A stretch of DNA of 64,000 bases from Squalus acanthias (taxonomy: Eukaryota), in the NCBI GenBank assembly GCA_030390025.1, contig CM059441.1, forward strand, positions 21,142,001-21,206,000, given 5' to 3'. Position numbers and translations under genes: made by a program. The notes beneath the pieces are model-generated. The model saw only the letters and a list, made by a program, of their open reading frames with translations. It was not told the origin of the DNA and made no database searches. Of the stretch, positions 1-12,885 are shown in pieces (position 1 is the stretch's first letter; every line of letters starts with the position of its first letter).

Positions 1-1238
1 GATGAAAATAAGGTGGTTGGGTCTGGGTTACATGAGGACCAGGCCATGACGCTCCATTTAAAAGAAATCATAGCTGAGCTGGAGAAACATGCGCGTACAG
101 TAAATGCCCTGATCAGGGAAGATCGGAATCAGTCCGATCAGGCTGCGCAGAATGAGGTGTGCGTGCTTTACGGGGCGTGGTTACTGGGCGAGGGCCGCAG
201 TAATTTGGAGGATTTAAAACAAGGTTTGGTCCCGTCCTGGATAAGTAACAAACACCTGCAGGCGCTCCACCCTTTTCAGAACGCATTAAGCCCGTGCCAG
301 CTCAGGCTAGCTTCAGAAGCATACCCAGTCCCCGTGGACTGCGGACGATCAAACCATACCATTATGGGTGTAGTTTTACGTATGCCGGTATTGGGCGACA
401 CAGCAAAGCCCGCCCCGGTATATCGGGTAGAGAACATTGGTATCATTCAGGGGGGAGCCCACATTCGCTATGCAGCGGTCCCACCTTACGTCATCCGCTG
501 GGAGCAAACGATGACAGGTACAGATCTCTCTGGTTGTCGTGGCAGGGGAGCACACATAATCCTGTGTCCCCAGCACTTGAATGCCTTTTTATCACCACAG
601 TGCGGGTTCAGAGCGGCTGGCGCCAACCCATGAATTGCACCATGGAAGCAATGGCACAAGATCATGTGCCTCCGCAGGTAGCATACATCGGGGGTGGAAC
701 ATATTGTGTTACCACTGCAGCACAACACTACCAGCATGGAAACCGTAGCCGGTGTCCGGTGAGTGACAGCAGTTTCTGTTTTAAACCCAGGGCTGAAGTT
801 CAAGTGGCACAGCAGCGAATTGTCACGATCCCTGAACCATCCACTGTTCATCTAACAGTAAAGGAGAACTTCACCGACTTGCAGCGATTCGTCGCGCATT
901 TCGGATACCTAATTCCCCCTTTCCCTGAACACCTCACCAAACTTTTGAAGGCCGTTGCGGTTTCGCAAAAGCATTATTATACCCTTGAGCAGAAAACTGT
1001 CGAGATAGGGTCAGAGATTTTAGACATAGTAATCCCACCGTGGTGGGATCTGTTCACCAACATCGAAGTGCCTTCCTGGATTAGGATAACCTCCCACATT
1101 TTAGTTGCATGCCAGGTGATAATTGTGATATACTTATTGGTCGTGCATTGTAAGAGAGGCAAACGCCTTACCAAGAACGAAAACACAGGAGAGTGGCGAG
1201 AGCGGTACGTGTGCGTGCACGAAGAAAGCGCTGCGTAA
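1..1238 (+). pseudogene. env: 3' part of the envelope gene of an endogenous LTR element; class I fusion protein with F-like (Mononegavirales-like) cysteine/proline pattern; one frameshift near 628
   Basis: Frame is open from base 1 (DENKVVG...) to TGA at 633 and continues in the 294..1238 frame (MNCTMEA...). Restoring one C in CCAACCCATGAATTGC joins them. Heptad-like helix, Cys-rich core, second helix, PPWWDLF, TM segment ILVACQVIIVIYLLVVHC and basic KRGKR tail. Followed by a PPT and LTR. Confidence 0.8.
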
Positions 1239-1677
1239 ACGGCCAAAGTGGCGCCACTCCAGTTTTTCCATGTGCGCCTTTAAATTTTTGTAATTGATTG
1301 TTATTTTTCTTAGAACCTGTAACTAAGTTTGGAACTCTGTAAGTTTAAGAATTTTTTTTTTGATTATTTTGATTTTGTGCTGTTAATATGATTGTTTGGC
1401 TGTTTTTGTTTTCTTTTTCCTTGAATAATAAAAATATGCATATGCAGGTGGTGCGAGAGGCAACGGCCTGTTACACCTGGAAGGAAATAGACGCGGTGTA
1501 AGTTAAAGGCAAATGCTGCCTACGGTTTGCTAAAAGTGTAATTTTTCCCCTGGGAAATAAGGACGACACGGAGACCCTAGTTAGTTTTAAGTTATGGGAA
1601 TATTGAGATATGGAGAATCGAGATAATATTGCTCACCACAATTTTTTTTGATACGATAAGCGGAGTTATTCGCATCA

Positions 1678-1688
1678 ACAGGAGGGAC
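1678..1688 (+). other. Polypurine tract of the LTR element
   Basis: ACAGGAGGGAC lies immediately before the TGTAG LTR start at 1689. Confidence 0.65.
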
Positions 1689-3271
1689 TGTAGAATTCGC
1701 AAAATTATCGCGATTTCGAAAGAATGAGATAGAGACATATGTTTTCGTATAAACAGATTTATTTCAGCAAAATGCTGTCAGGTTTCAAAATGGACACAAG
1801 CAGCCTGTAAAATGGCCGTCACGCCTCGTGGCAGAAGGTTCAAGACTTTCAGTAGGCAGACAAGATGGCGTTTCAATAAACATTTCAGCAAGATCGGACA
1901 GGACTCAGCATATTGAGATAAGACAAGACGTGATCGTTTTGCATTTTAAACACCCAAGCAAGGAATATAAGTGCTGGAATCGGTTTTCCATGCACAAACG
2001 AGGGCTATTGTATTGGGCAATCAAGGGCCCATCCAAAGACATTGATACGCAAATTCCCCACGGCTCTACGATGAGAGAGCCGTTCGCGGGTACTCACAGC
2101 AAGAATTTGGAAGCCCCCAAAACCCCTCCAGGGAGACTCCTAGCCGGTTCCACAATGGGAGAAATATTAACGGGTACTCAGACAGTTACAAGTGTCACCG
2201 AAACCCATTAACGACAAGTACCACCCCATACAAGAAGTTTGAGCACCAAAACATGACAAAGATGAACATTAAGATTGGGCGGGAGATTAGGAATTACAGT
2301 ACTATAACTGTAGTGTCCAAACGTCCATCTTTCTCTTATCCTCTGGCTGTTCATCATGCTCTTATCCCTGACGACTCTTATTCTTTACTGACCACCGACT
2401 CGAACTCTTGCCTCTTATTCTCTGATCCGCTGATTTTCCGGGAGTCAATCTCGTGGCTTGCCGCGAAGATCTGTGGAGAGCTGGTCTGCGAAGGCCTGTA
2501 AGCGGGCGCACCATCCTGAGAAGTCGGTAAACGGTGTTGGAACCGAAGGCCCGAGAGGAGATGAGATGAGATGAGATGAGATGAAATGAGAAGAGAAGAA
2601 GACGACTACACGTGCCGCCGCGGTCAGTAAACCACGACCGCGCCCGATAACCGATCAACCACTTCTTCGAATTTTACCGACTTCTTCACAACTGGCCCTG
2701 GAAGACTTTCCTTCGAATTCTATCGACCCGGTGTAGGGCACAGGAAGACTCTTTTTCGAGTGGTGTCAGAACTCCGAGACCAACACAGATCTTCATGGCA
2801 GCAGACGGTCCAGCCTGCTAGCCGGAGCAGAAGCGAGTAAACAAGTGGGGTACAGAGACCCCTGATCAACACGTGAATAGTCAGGTGCTGTGACGAAAAC
2901 ATCCGAGCAGCGTTTCGGAATTCTCCGAGTTATTACGAGTGGTAAGCATGAGTCTCGATCCTACAGATCTATATTAGGACAGGCATTGATAGGGGAGGGT
3001 TTTGTGTTAAGGATAAATATAATGTGTGTCCCCTTTTACGATGTGTCGTGCACTCCTCGTTTCCCTAAAATTAGTTTCATAACTATGTGTAAGATTGTAC
3101 TGTCATTAATCTGTGCTTATGACATGTATTTCGTAATCTTGAACAATATGCAATAAAGATTTTCCATTTCGCACTATTCAACCGGGTCTACCTGAGTTTT
3201 CTCTGCATTATTGCTCTCGCACCTAAGTCCAGTGTCAGAACCGTAAGGGCGAGTGAGTCGAAACACTCACA
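1689..3271 (+). mobile_element. 3' LTR (~1583 bp) of the env-bearing element
   Basis: Starts TGT after the PPT and ends ...CACTCACA. AATAAA at 3152-3157 is ~115 bp from the end. The 5' LTR is outside the window, so the TSD cannot be checked. Confidence 0.7.
2558..2590. repeat. (ATGAG)n pentanucleotide microsatellite inside the LTR
   Basis: gag atgagatgag atgagatgag atgaaatgag. Confidence 0.9.
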
Positions 3272-3319
3272 GGTGTCTAGTGTTATCAGGCTGGCTGGAG
3301 ACCAGAACAGGCAACAAAT

Positions 3320-3601
3320 GACCCCAGAGGGAAGCATTACTAAACTAGATGTAGTTTTATAAATCTTAAAGAGAAGGAGAGGCTAAAGCTGAGCAAAGAC
3401 TTCTTAACTGATCTACATGATGTGCTGCCAAAAGACCTGAAGAAGCAATCAACAGTTAAATTGTGCTGTTAGGTGAAGTCATAGTTACCACAGCTCTCAG
3501 CATTGACATACCTTCCAGGAACTGAGTGGCAGATATCTCAGGAGTCAATGGAAATGCTGTCAACTGTTGCACAAGGCACATTACAGAAGTCTTGTGTAAG
3601 A
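3320..3601 (+). pseudogene. Old, degenerate Harbinger transposase N-terminal fragment
   Basis: Piecewise translation LKLSKDFLTDLHDVLPKDL...VTTALS...ADISGVNGNAVNCCTRHITEVLCK parallels LRFSKEVVTELCHLLQPDL...VTTALK...GDIANISQFAVHCCICQVTNALYK in the transposase at 6022. Confidence 0.6.
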
Positions 3602-4616
3602 TGTTTAAATTCACCCTTGTCCTTTAACCCGTCCAACAGTTTCCAAAGTTGAGACCCATGGAACAGACAACGCAAAACCCAAGGTTTCAAGAATAGCTTT
3701 CAAAATCGGCAAGAGGTTACAAGTAAGCTCACACAAAACTGTTGCATATAATACTCCTGATTATATCGAAGCATACACAGATTTATTCCCTTACTTTAAG
3801 ATCAAGCACTAATATGCCAACTCTACATACATACTAACACCAGCGAGTGGTCAGTTCGGCGATGGCTAGACGTACGACTTTAACTGGCAACTGACCAAGT
3901 TGCCCCCGACTGCAGCACACCCAAGTATCTTAAAACAGCATCTCTTATACCCTAAAAACCTGGGCATGCTCCTCAATGCGTATGTGTCCCAAACTGCGTG
4001 ACAAATGGTCGGCAGTTTCTTTCCTATTCTTATCAGTGGGCCCCAAAGCCGTTCACACAGGTTGCCTGAAGATGTTCCTGTCTTTGTAACACCCAACTGT
4101 TTGTTCCTGCTCAGGGTCTGTCGCTTCCATATCTGATTAACAGCTTTCGTACAAAGTTCCCACAGGAATCGACCTCACAACCTCCCGAAGCATGCTGGTA
4201 TATTAAATTTGGTCAACTTTTTAAGTTTGGTCAAGTTATAGCAAATTCTTACAGCAAATGGCTTATTCTTACACTTGCAAAGGCAGGCACATGGGTACAT
4301 AACATTCAGCAATACCAAACAGAAACAGCAGCCAAACCTGTTTGCTTCTCACTGTGTTTGTAGGTTCTCAAAGATGCAGGGATATCATTCTCTGCTTACA
4401 TGCGGCTATTCATTCACCAGCCCACAATCCTGACATCAATCAAAAGGAATTCCATTGAATCAATTTACAGATGTGTGATACACGAATCGAAATCATGCAA
4501 GATAATGCTCAGTTCTCTTAGCTGGAAAACTTGAGAAGCGTCGGGTATATAGGCAACCAAGGCTGCTCGTACCCGCGCACCATTCCCATACTGAGCCAAG
4601 CAAGGATATAATTACA
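3602..4616 (-). mobile_element. Solo LTR (~1015 bp) with 5-bp TSD
   Basis: TGT...ACA termini with TAAGA on both sides (3597-3601, 4617-4621). AATAAA on the minus strand near 3782 and a TATA-like motif near 3945. Confidence 0.75.
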
Positions 4617-5853
4617 TAAGAGTGATACATAACAATGATGCCCTAGTCTCAAAAAGGGCCCTCACTGAGCAAATAATTGAGAGTCTAAGTTAGTGCTTCA
4701 TATGGTTGGACCGTTCTGGAGCTGATTTGCCATATTGTGCATGGAAGGTTGGAAATATATTTACTGTTTGTTGCATAGCTTTGATATAGATTGAGGCCTT
4801 CCAATTGATTTAATTGAGTAACAAGAGAAAAGTGAGCATCAAGGTGAATAAGTGGCAGCAACAGGAGACCAGCCATTGAAGCCAAGGGGCAGCTGCCATT
4901 TATCTGCTGTAAACTGGATGAAAAACCTACCAATTTCAGTGCATTATATCCTGCACCCGTATCACCCCCGAAGTAACCTGAATGCGAAATTGGATCGGGC
5001 GATATTTAGAGATCCCGGACACCCATCTGAAACAGACGTTGGCAAGGCTACAAAGGCGCTCAGGTTTGTGAAAGAAAAACCTGTGAGGGCTTCACTAAGG
5101 TGAAGAAGTTAGAAATATTAGAGGATTCTTTGTTTAAGTGATTTAAGATGACCCACTGATGTGGGGTAGAATAGCATAAAGTGGATTGAGACAATTCGAG
5201 CTTTCACACAGAATCCATAGAGTGAAGGTCATTGGAGATAAGACTAGTCACTGTTGTTACTTAGGCAACTGTGGCAGTCAACTTATGCACAGCAATGTCC
5301 CATAAACAGGTATGGATTAAATGAGCTGTTAATGGGGGAAAAATTCGGTTGGTTTGCGCCTCCCGTTAGTGCCCTAAGAGGGCACTAATGGGACGCAAAG
5401 CAACTAGTGCCCGGGCGCGGCGATGTTTGCACCGCTCGCGAAATTGACTAAAGTTTTTGCGCCGGCGCAATAGTTTACCGCCCCGTTCTCCTGCGCCCGC
5501 AGATCGTGACGTCATTCGATCGTGAAACGCCCTGGTGGCGTCCCGGACCGGATATTGAGTGGCGCCCCCCTCCTTTCTGCCTGCCGCAAGCAACGACAGG
5601 GAGACTGGAGCGTTTCCCAGTCGGTGAGGGGCGCTGGGGGTGCTGGGGGGGCACTCTTTAAAGGCATCCTCTTCCTGCTTTTTTCTGTGGTAGACATTTT
5701 TGCACCAGTCATTCTGACAGAGATAGAGAGATTCCGAGAGAGAGAGAGAGACTTCTGCATAGAGTCAACGCTGTGTGAAGTAATTTTGTCTGCTGAGCAT
5801 CACTGTGCAAGTACTTTTGGATTTGACCTTCATTACTTGATTGTCAATAGATT

Positions 5854-7014
5854 TTGGAGGCTGCACTGATTCGGGGCGTCGTCCTGCGCCTGCAGAGTTG
5901 GAGGCAACAGAGACGCAGAGAGAGAGTGGCAATCATGGCCAGACGGAGGAGGGCCAACAGGCCTCTGCACAGGAGACCTTACCCTCCCAGGGTATTCCGG
6001 GAATAATTCTCCTACGTTAATTTGTCTGAGGAGCAGTGTTTGCGCAGGCTGCGCTTCAGCAAGGAGGTGGTCACTGAGCTCTGCCACCTGCTGCAGCCAG
6101 ATCTACAGACTCAACTGAGGACCAGGACGTCTCTGTCGGTGCCAACAAAGGTCACAACGGCTCTGAAGTTTTATGCCACCGGCTCCTTTCAAGCAGCTAC
6201 TGGGGACATCGCTAATATCTCCCAGTTCGCGGTCCATTGCTGTATCTGTCAGGTCACAAATGCCCTCTATAAAAGAAGATGCCAGTACATCTCTTTCCCG
6301 ATGACCCGGGCCAAACAGCATGAACGCGCATTGGGCTTTCCGAGGATAGCGGGCTTCCCCATGGTGCTGGGCGCCATTGACTGCACACATGAGGCATTGT
6401 GGGCACCGCATGAGAATGCAGAGGTTTTCCGAAACCGCAATGGGTTCCACTCCTTAAACGTCCAGTTGGTCTGTGACCACAGACAGCTGATACTCGCTGT
6501 CAATGCCCGCTTTCCTGGCAGCAACCACAATGCTTTCATCCTGCGCCAGACTGGTGTGCCAGACCTTTTCCAGGCACCGCATCAGCCAAGTGGTTGCCTC
6601 CTCGGGGACAAGGGTTATCCACTCTGCACCTGGCTGATGACACCGCTCAGTAACCCCAACACCCCTGCTGAGCTGCAGTACAATGAGAGCCATCTCGCCA
6701 CCAGGAACATCATTGAGAAGACGATCGGCGTGCTCAAGCAACGGTTCCGCTGTCTGGACCACTCAGGTGGAGCCCTGCATTACTCGCCTGAGCGAGTCTC
6801 CTTCTTCGTAGTTGTGTGTTGGATTCTTCATAACCTGGCAATCCTCAGGACCCAGCCAATGACACCAGGCCTTGGTGCACCACCGGAGGAGGAGGAAGAG
6901 GAGGAGGAGGAGGAAGAGGAGGAGGATGATCAGCAGCAGCACCGAGGTGGGAGGGAGGCCCACAATGTTGAAACTGCAAGGGCTGTCCGTCAATGACTGA
7001 TAACAGCCGCTTCT
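5854..7014 (+). pseudogene. Harbinger DDE transposase (HARBI1-like); premature stops at 6004 and 6994
   Basis: GAIDCTH, LLGDKGY, RNIIEKTIGVLKQRFRCLD, LHN motifs and an acidic tail. In-frame TAA in RVFRE*FSY and TGA in AVRQ*LITA. Start position approximate. Confidence 0.9.
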
Positions 7015-9019
7015 AGGCCCCTACTCAGGAAATGGCTTCTGGCATGGAGAACAACATGAATGAAAGCAACCCGCAACCCCAAAGCCGGCCAAGACTGCAA
7101 TGATTCCAAAGGCCAAACCTGTACATTATGAATACAAAAACTTTTTTATTTGACAAACTTTGTGTGTGTCATTTCTTCATGTCAAACTAACAGAAACAAA
7201 CACAAAAAATCATTAATTAACATAACTGGTTCTCACAACCTGGAGATAATGGCCAAAATATGAAACAAAAGTTTGAACACGAACCTCGGCCTTTAATTAA
7301 AAAATTCCCAACATTTCGTCAAACCTCCTACTTTTTGCCCTTCGAGGGTGATCTCCTTCCCTTGCACACTTCCCCCCTTCCCACCCTACTGCTCCTCCGT
7401 AATGGGGCCCCAGTGGCTGCAGCAAGGCTGGTGGAAGGCTGCTGATTGTCAGAACCTGAGACTACAGATGCCCTTGAAGGACGGCCTCGACCGGCTCTGG
7501 GCCTGGAGGGCCCGGCTGCAGACTGCACCAACTCTGCATGGGCGGCAGCAGTCTGGGCTACAGGCGGTGGCAAGTGCAATGGGGAAGTGACAGTGGTGGC
7601 AGCAGGAATGCTGTCATCTTGAGAGAGGACAGCACCTCCCTGCTCGACCATCACACTGGCACTCCCACGGGGCAGCACCTCAGCATCCGGAGCAATCTGC
7701 TAGAGCACAGATTGCTGGCTTGCTGTGGCGCGGTGAGAGCCCCAGGGAAATGTCTACAAACCAGCGACAATGGCAGCAGTCAGTGCTTGCATGGCCTCAA
7801 TCTGAGACTGCATGACACCAGTCTGAGATTGGATCACGGCAGCCAGTGACTGAATTGCAGCACTAAGCATTTGCATGGCATCCACCTGTGCTACAGCGTA
7901 GTGCTCCACACTCCTTGCCAGTGCATCAATGGTTTCGGGCACCCTTCCCACTGCACCCATGAGCTGAGTGAGCATGTCCACTGCCTGGGTGTTCATTTCA
8001 GCGATGAGCCGCTCCTCCTCTGCGTCCAGTGCAGCAGGACTCACTGGCCTACTCTCCCTCTGGGGAGAAGGCCCCTAAGCTTCCCTAGCCACATCGCGTT
8101 GCTGCAGCCTGCTGGGTCCCGGAGCTTCACCCTCATCAGACCCTTCACCCCTGCTCCCCTCCAGGGAAGACGTGGTCCCAGTGTGGGCATGGGCTTCCTC
8201 GGGAGAGGGTGGCACTGAGGCTCCGTCTTCCTTTATTCAAAAAGAGAGGGAGACAGAAAGCAGGAAACTACAACAAGTTAGCTTTACATCTGTCATAGGG
8301 AAGATGTTAGAAGCTATTATTAAAGACGTTATAGCAGGGCACTTACAAAATTTCAAAGTAATCAGGCAGAGTCAACATGGTTTTGTGCAAGGGAAATCAT
8401 GTTTAACCAATTAATTGGAGTTCTTTGAGGAAGTAACATGTGCTGTGGATAAAGGGGAACCGGTGGATGTACTGTACTTAGATTTCCAGAAGGCATTTGA
8501 TAAGGTGCCACATCAAAGGTTATTGCGGAAAATAAAAGCTCATGGTGTAGGGGGTAACATATTGGCATGGATAGAAGATTGGCTAGCTAACAGGAAACAG
8601 AGTAGGCATAAATGGGTCATTTTCTGATTGGCAAGATGTAGCAAGTGGTGTGCCACAGGAATCAGTGCTGGTGCCTCAACTTTTTACAATTTATATAAAT
8701 GACTTGGATGAAGGGACCGAAGGTATGGTTGCTAAATTTGCTGATGACACAAAGATAGGTAGGAAAGTAAATTGTGAAGAGGACATAAGGAAGCTACAAA
8801 GGGATACAAATAGGTTAAGTGAGTGGGCAAAGATCTGGCAAATGAAGTATAATGTGGGAAAATGTGAAGTTGTCCATTTTGGCAGGAAGAATAAAAAAGA
8901 AGCATACTATCTAAATGGTGAGAGATTGCAGAGCTCTGAGATGCAGAGGGGCCTTGGTGTCCGAGTGCATGAATTGCAAAAGGTTACTATGCAGGTATAG
9001 CAAGTAATTAGGAAAGTCA

Positions 9020-11822
9020 ACGACATAGGTAGAAAGAGGGATGAGGTCCTGCAACAAGAATTTAGGGAGCTAGGTAGCAGATTAAAAAGCAGGACCTCAA
9101 AGGTTGTAATCTCTGGATTACTCCCGGTGCCACGTGCTAGTGAGTATAGGAACAGGAGGATAGAGCAGATGAATGCATGGCTGAAGAGTTGGTGCAGGAG
9201 GGAGGACTTTAGTTTCCTGGATCACTGGGTCTGCTTCTGGGGAAGGTGGGAGCTGTACAAGTCGGACGGGTTGCACCTGAACCGGAACGGGACCAACATC
9301 CTTGCGGGGAGGTTTGCTAGTACTGTTGGGGGGGGGTTTATACTAACTTGGCAGGGGGATGGGATACGGAGTGGAGCTATAGTCGGGGGTGATGCACAGC
9401 CAAATATAGAGGAAAAAACAAGTCAGCCTGGAAGGCAGAGCAAATATGTAACGGCACGAGGGAGGAGATTGCAGGGGCTCTGACACAAATTTTCAGAACC
9501 TCTCTGGCCACAGGGGAGGTGCCAGAGGTCTGGAGGACAGCTAACGTAGTACCATTATTCAAGAAGGGTAGGAGGGATAAACCAGGGAATTACAGGCCAG
9601 TGAGCCTAACATCAGTGGTAGGGAGATTATTGGAAAAAATTCTGAGGGACAGAATTTGTCTCCATTTGGAGAGGCAAGGATTAATCAAGGATAGTCAGCA
9701 TGGCTTTGTCAGGGGGAGATCATGTCTAACCAAATTGATTGAATTTTTAGAGGTGGTGACTAGGTGTGTGGATGAGGGTAGTGCAGTTGATATAGTCTAC
9801 ATGGACTTCAGTAAGGCTTTTGACGAAGTCCCGCATGGGAGACTGGTCAAGAAGGTAAGAGCCCATGGGATCCAGGGCAATTTGGCACATTGGATCCAAA
9901 ATTGGATTAGTGGCAGGAGGCAGAGAGTGATGGTCGAAGGTTGTTTTTGTGACTGGAAGCCTGTGTCCAGTGGTGTACCGCAGGGATTGGTGCTGGGTCC
10001 TTTGCTGTTTGTAGTGTACATTAATGATTTAGATATGAATGTAGGAGGTATGATCAGTAAGTTTGCAGATGACACGATAATTGGTGGAGTGGTAAATAGT
10101 GAGGAGGGAAGCCTCAGGCTACAGGACGATATAGACGGGTTGGTCAGATGGGCAGAACAGTGGCAAATGGAATTTAACCCTGAAAAGTGTGAGGTGATGC
10201 ATTTTGAGAGGACTAACAAGGCAAGGGAATACACAATGAATGGTAGGACCCTAGGAAGGACAGAGGATCAGAAGGACCTTCGTGTGCATGTACATAGATC
10301 CCTGAAGGCAGCAGGACAGGTAGATAAGGTGGTTAAAAAGGCATATGGGATTCTTGCCTTCATTAGCCGAGGCATAGAATATAAGAGCAGGGAGGTTATG
10401 ATGGAGCTGTACAAAACGCTAGTTAGGCCACAGCTGGAATACAGTGTACAGTTATGGTCGACACACTATAGGAAGGATGTGATTGCATTGGAGAGGGTGC
10501 AGAGGAGATTCACCAGGATGTTACCTGGGCTGGAGCGCTTCAGCTATGAAGAGAGACTGGACAGGCTGGGGTTGTTTTCCTTAGAGCAGAGAAGGCTGAG
10601 GGGGGACCTGATTGAGGTGTACAAAATTATGAGGGGCATAGATAGGGTAGATAGAAAGGAACTTTTCCCCTTAGTAGATGGGTCAATAACCAGGGGCCAT
10701 AGTTTCAAGGTAAGGGGCAGGAGGTTCAGAGGGGATTTGAGGAAAAATCTTTTCACCCGGAGGGTGGTTGGAATCTGGACCTCACTGCCTAAAAGGGTGG
10801 TAGAGGCAGGAACCCTCACAACATTCAAGAATGTAAGGGTGTGGTTGTTATAAAGTGGGCGGTTCGAATCGCTCCCACGCCCCAGGTTCAAAACTTGGAC
10901 TTATTTAGGGGTTGTGAATAAAAACGCAGTAGACCACAGGTTCCAATGAAAAGAACTGTAACTTTTATTAAAGTAGAAAGGTAGCAAACTTAAACACACT
11001 TCACACTTAAACAGGTTTGGGGAGCACACGGTTACAGGCGAGGAAAATGACAGTATACAAGAAAAATAAAAAAACCTTTATCCCTCCCAAAACTTCCCAC
11101 TTCTAGCTAGGTTTCGGTTTCAGGAGATCAGGGATAATGCTCACCAGACAGGGGTATTAACAATCCGTGGTCCAGCCAGGTAAGTCGATGGTGATTCTGG
11201 TCATCGAACGTCTTCCTTCACCATGTGGCTTCTGAGCAGAGCTGCCAGAGACCCCTGCTTCCCGCGTAGTCGGTCGAGTCGAAAAGAGAAAGAAATCTTG
11301 GGTCCTGCGGCAATTATAGTCCTCCTCGCCCCCACCCCCCCCACCACAAACTCCTCACGAAAACTGGTTTCGTAATGCAGTGAGTTTCAGGTGAGGCCTG
11401 TTCATTGTCTTTTTTTTTGAAATTTTGATGGGCTTTCAACTCTGCCACATCGAATCAAATGGCTTACATCCTGTTGCGTTGTCGTTCCAGGGAAGCTTGC
11501 ATTGTTCTCCTGCTTTGGGTTCCCTGCTGGTCCTAGCATTCCTATGGGCTCTGTGTTTTGGGTGGGGCAGTTTTTCCCCAGAGCCTACTGTCCAAATGGT
11601 AATTTCCAAAGTCCTTATTTTTTTCCCTTTCGATGTATGTTTTTGGGGATCTGCAAATTTTGAAAATCTTACAAGAAGCATTTAGATGAGCACTTGAAAC
11701 GCCATAGCATACAAGGCTACAGACCAAGTGCTGGAAAATGGGCTTAGAATAGACAGGGCTTGATGGCCAGCGCGGACACGATGGGCCGAAGGGCCTCTTT
11801 CTGTGCTGTATAAATGACTCTA
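9020..11822 (+). mobile_element. Nested CR1 LINE: ORF1 SGNH-esterase fragment joined to an RT region (ORF 9519-10853)
   Basis: KVVISGLLPVP...DGLHLN esterase motif; [14 protein letters not shown] and FADD RT motifs. Confidence 0.85.
10832..11673 (-). mobile_element. Solo LTR (842 bp) with 4-bp TSD, inserted in a CR1 3' end
   Basis: Perfect TGTAAG/CTTACA termini; AGAA at 10828-10831 and 11674-11677. Removing it restores CR1 acattcaagaagcatttagat. Minus-strand AATAAA near 10965. Confidence 0.88.
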
Positions 11823-12885
11823 ATAGAATGTTATTGTTTATTGCAAGGGGAATTGAATACAAAAGTAGGGAGGTTATGCTTCAGTTATACAGGGCATTGG
11901 TGAGACCACATCTGGAGTACTGTGTACAGTATTGGTCTCCTTATTTAAGGAAGGATGTAAATGCATTGGAAGCAGTTCAGAGAAGGTTTACTAGACTAAT
12001 ACCTGGAATGGGCGGGTTGTCTTATGAGGAAAGGTTGGACAGGCTAAGCTTGTATCCGCTGGAGTTTAGAAGAGTAAGAGGTGACTTGATTGAAACATAT
12101 AAGATCCTGAGGGGTCTGGACAGGGTGGATGTGGAGAGGATGTTTCCTCATGTGGGAGAATCTAAAACTAGGGGTTACTGTTTAAAAATAAGGGGTCGCC
12201 CATTTAAGACAGAGATGAGGAGAAATTTTTTCTCACAGAGGGTCGTGAGTCTTTGGAACTCTCTTCCTCAGAGGGCGGTGGAAGCAGAGTCTTTGAATAT
12301 TTTTAAGGCAGAGGTAGATAGATTCTTGGTAAGCAAGGGGGTGAAAAGTTATCGGGGGTAGGCGGGAATAGAGAGTAATTGAATCAGCCTTGATCTTATT
12401 GAATGGCGGAGCAGGCTCGAAGGGCCGAGTGGCCAACTCCTGCTCCTAATTCGTATGTTCGGATGTTCCTCTTCCTTCTCGCCTGCGGCTTCGCTCCCAC
12501 TGGCAGCTTGAAGGTCCGTCTCCTCAGCTGGTGAATCACCATCTGAAAGCAGGGAGGTACAAGTGTGGCTTTAGCGTGAGGACAGGTGGGCAGTAAGGGA
12601 GGAAGGAGTGGAGCGATTTAGTACGTTGGATTGAAAATGTCAAAGACTGGTGTTGTGAGGGACAAGTGGAATGAGAGAGGAGAGAAAGTTGATGACCTTA
12701 CCATTTCTGTCCCAAACGGGGTTGACCTCTCCAGGGGCGACGGGACCAATCACCTGTCTTGCCACAATCCTGTGGACGCACGCCTCAAGATCGCTGAGGG
12801 GTTGCAGCTGAGGCCGCCCTCCACCCGTCCGTTGCTGCTGTCTCCTGTTCTGAGATAGCTTGGCCTGCAAGAAAAAGGACGGTGT

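Larger units (their letters stand above)
8231..12468 (+). mobile_element. 5'-truncated CR1 LINE (8231-9019 plus 11823-12468) interrupted by a second CR1
   Basis: RT motifs [24 protein letters not shown]; the C-terminus resumes at 11828 and ends in a gtatgttc tail. Confidence 0.85.

Noticed and set aside
294-629. Overlapping gene or programmed frameshift in env
   Set aside because: No convincing slippery heptamer; a single-base deletion explains the two frames.
5366-5388. Apparent compensatory changes in the hairpin (GTG/CAC versus GCG/CGC at 41926) as evidence of RNA structure
   Set aside because: Both changes are explained by ordinary CpG deamination.
5854-7014. Domesticated host HARBI1 gene
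   Set aside because: Lies within TIRs and a TSD, is paired with a Myb-like gene and has premature stops.
9797-10234. Antisense ORFs over LINE RT regions (also 20035, 33725, 35729, 39803, 41496)
   Set aside because: Shadow frames of CR1/L2 ORF2 with no independent coding signal.
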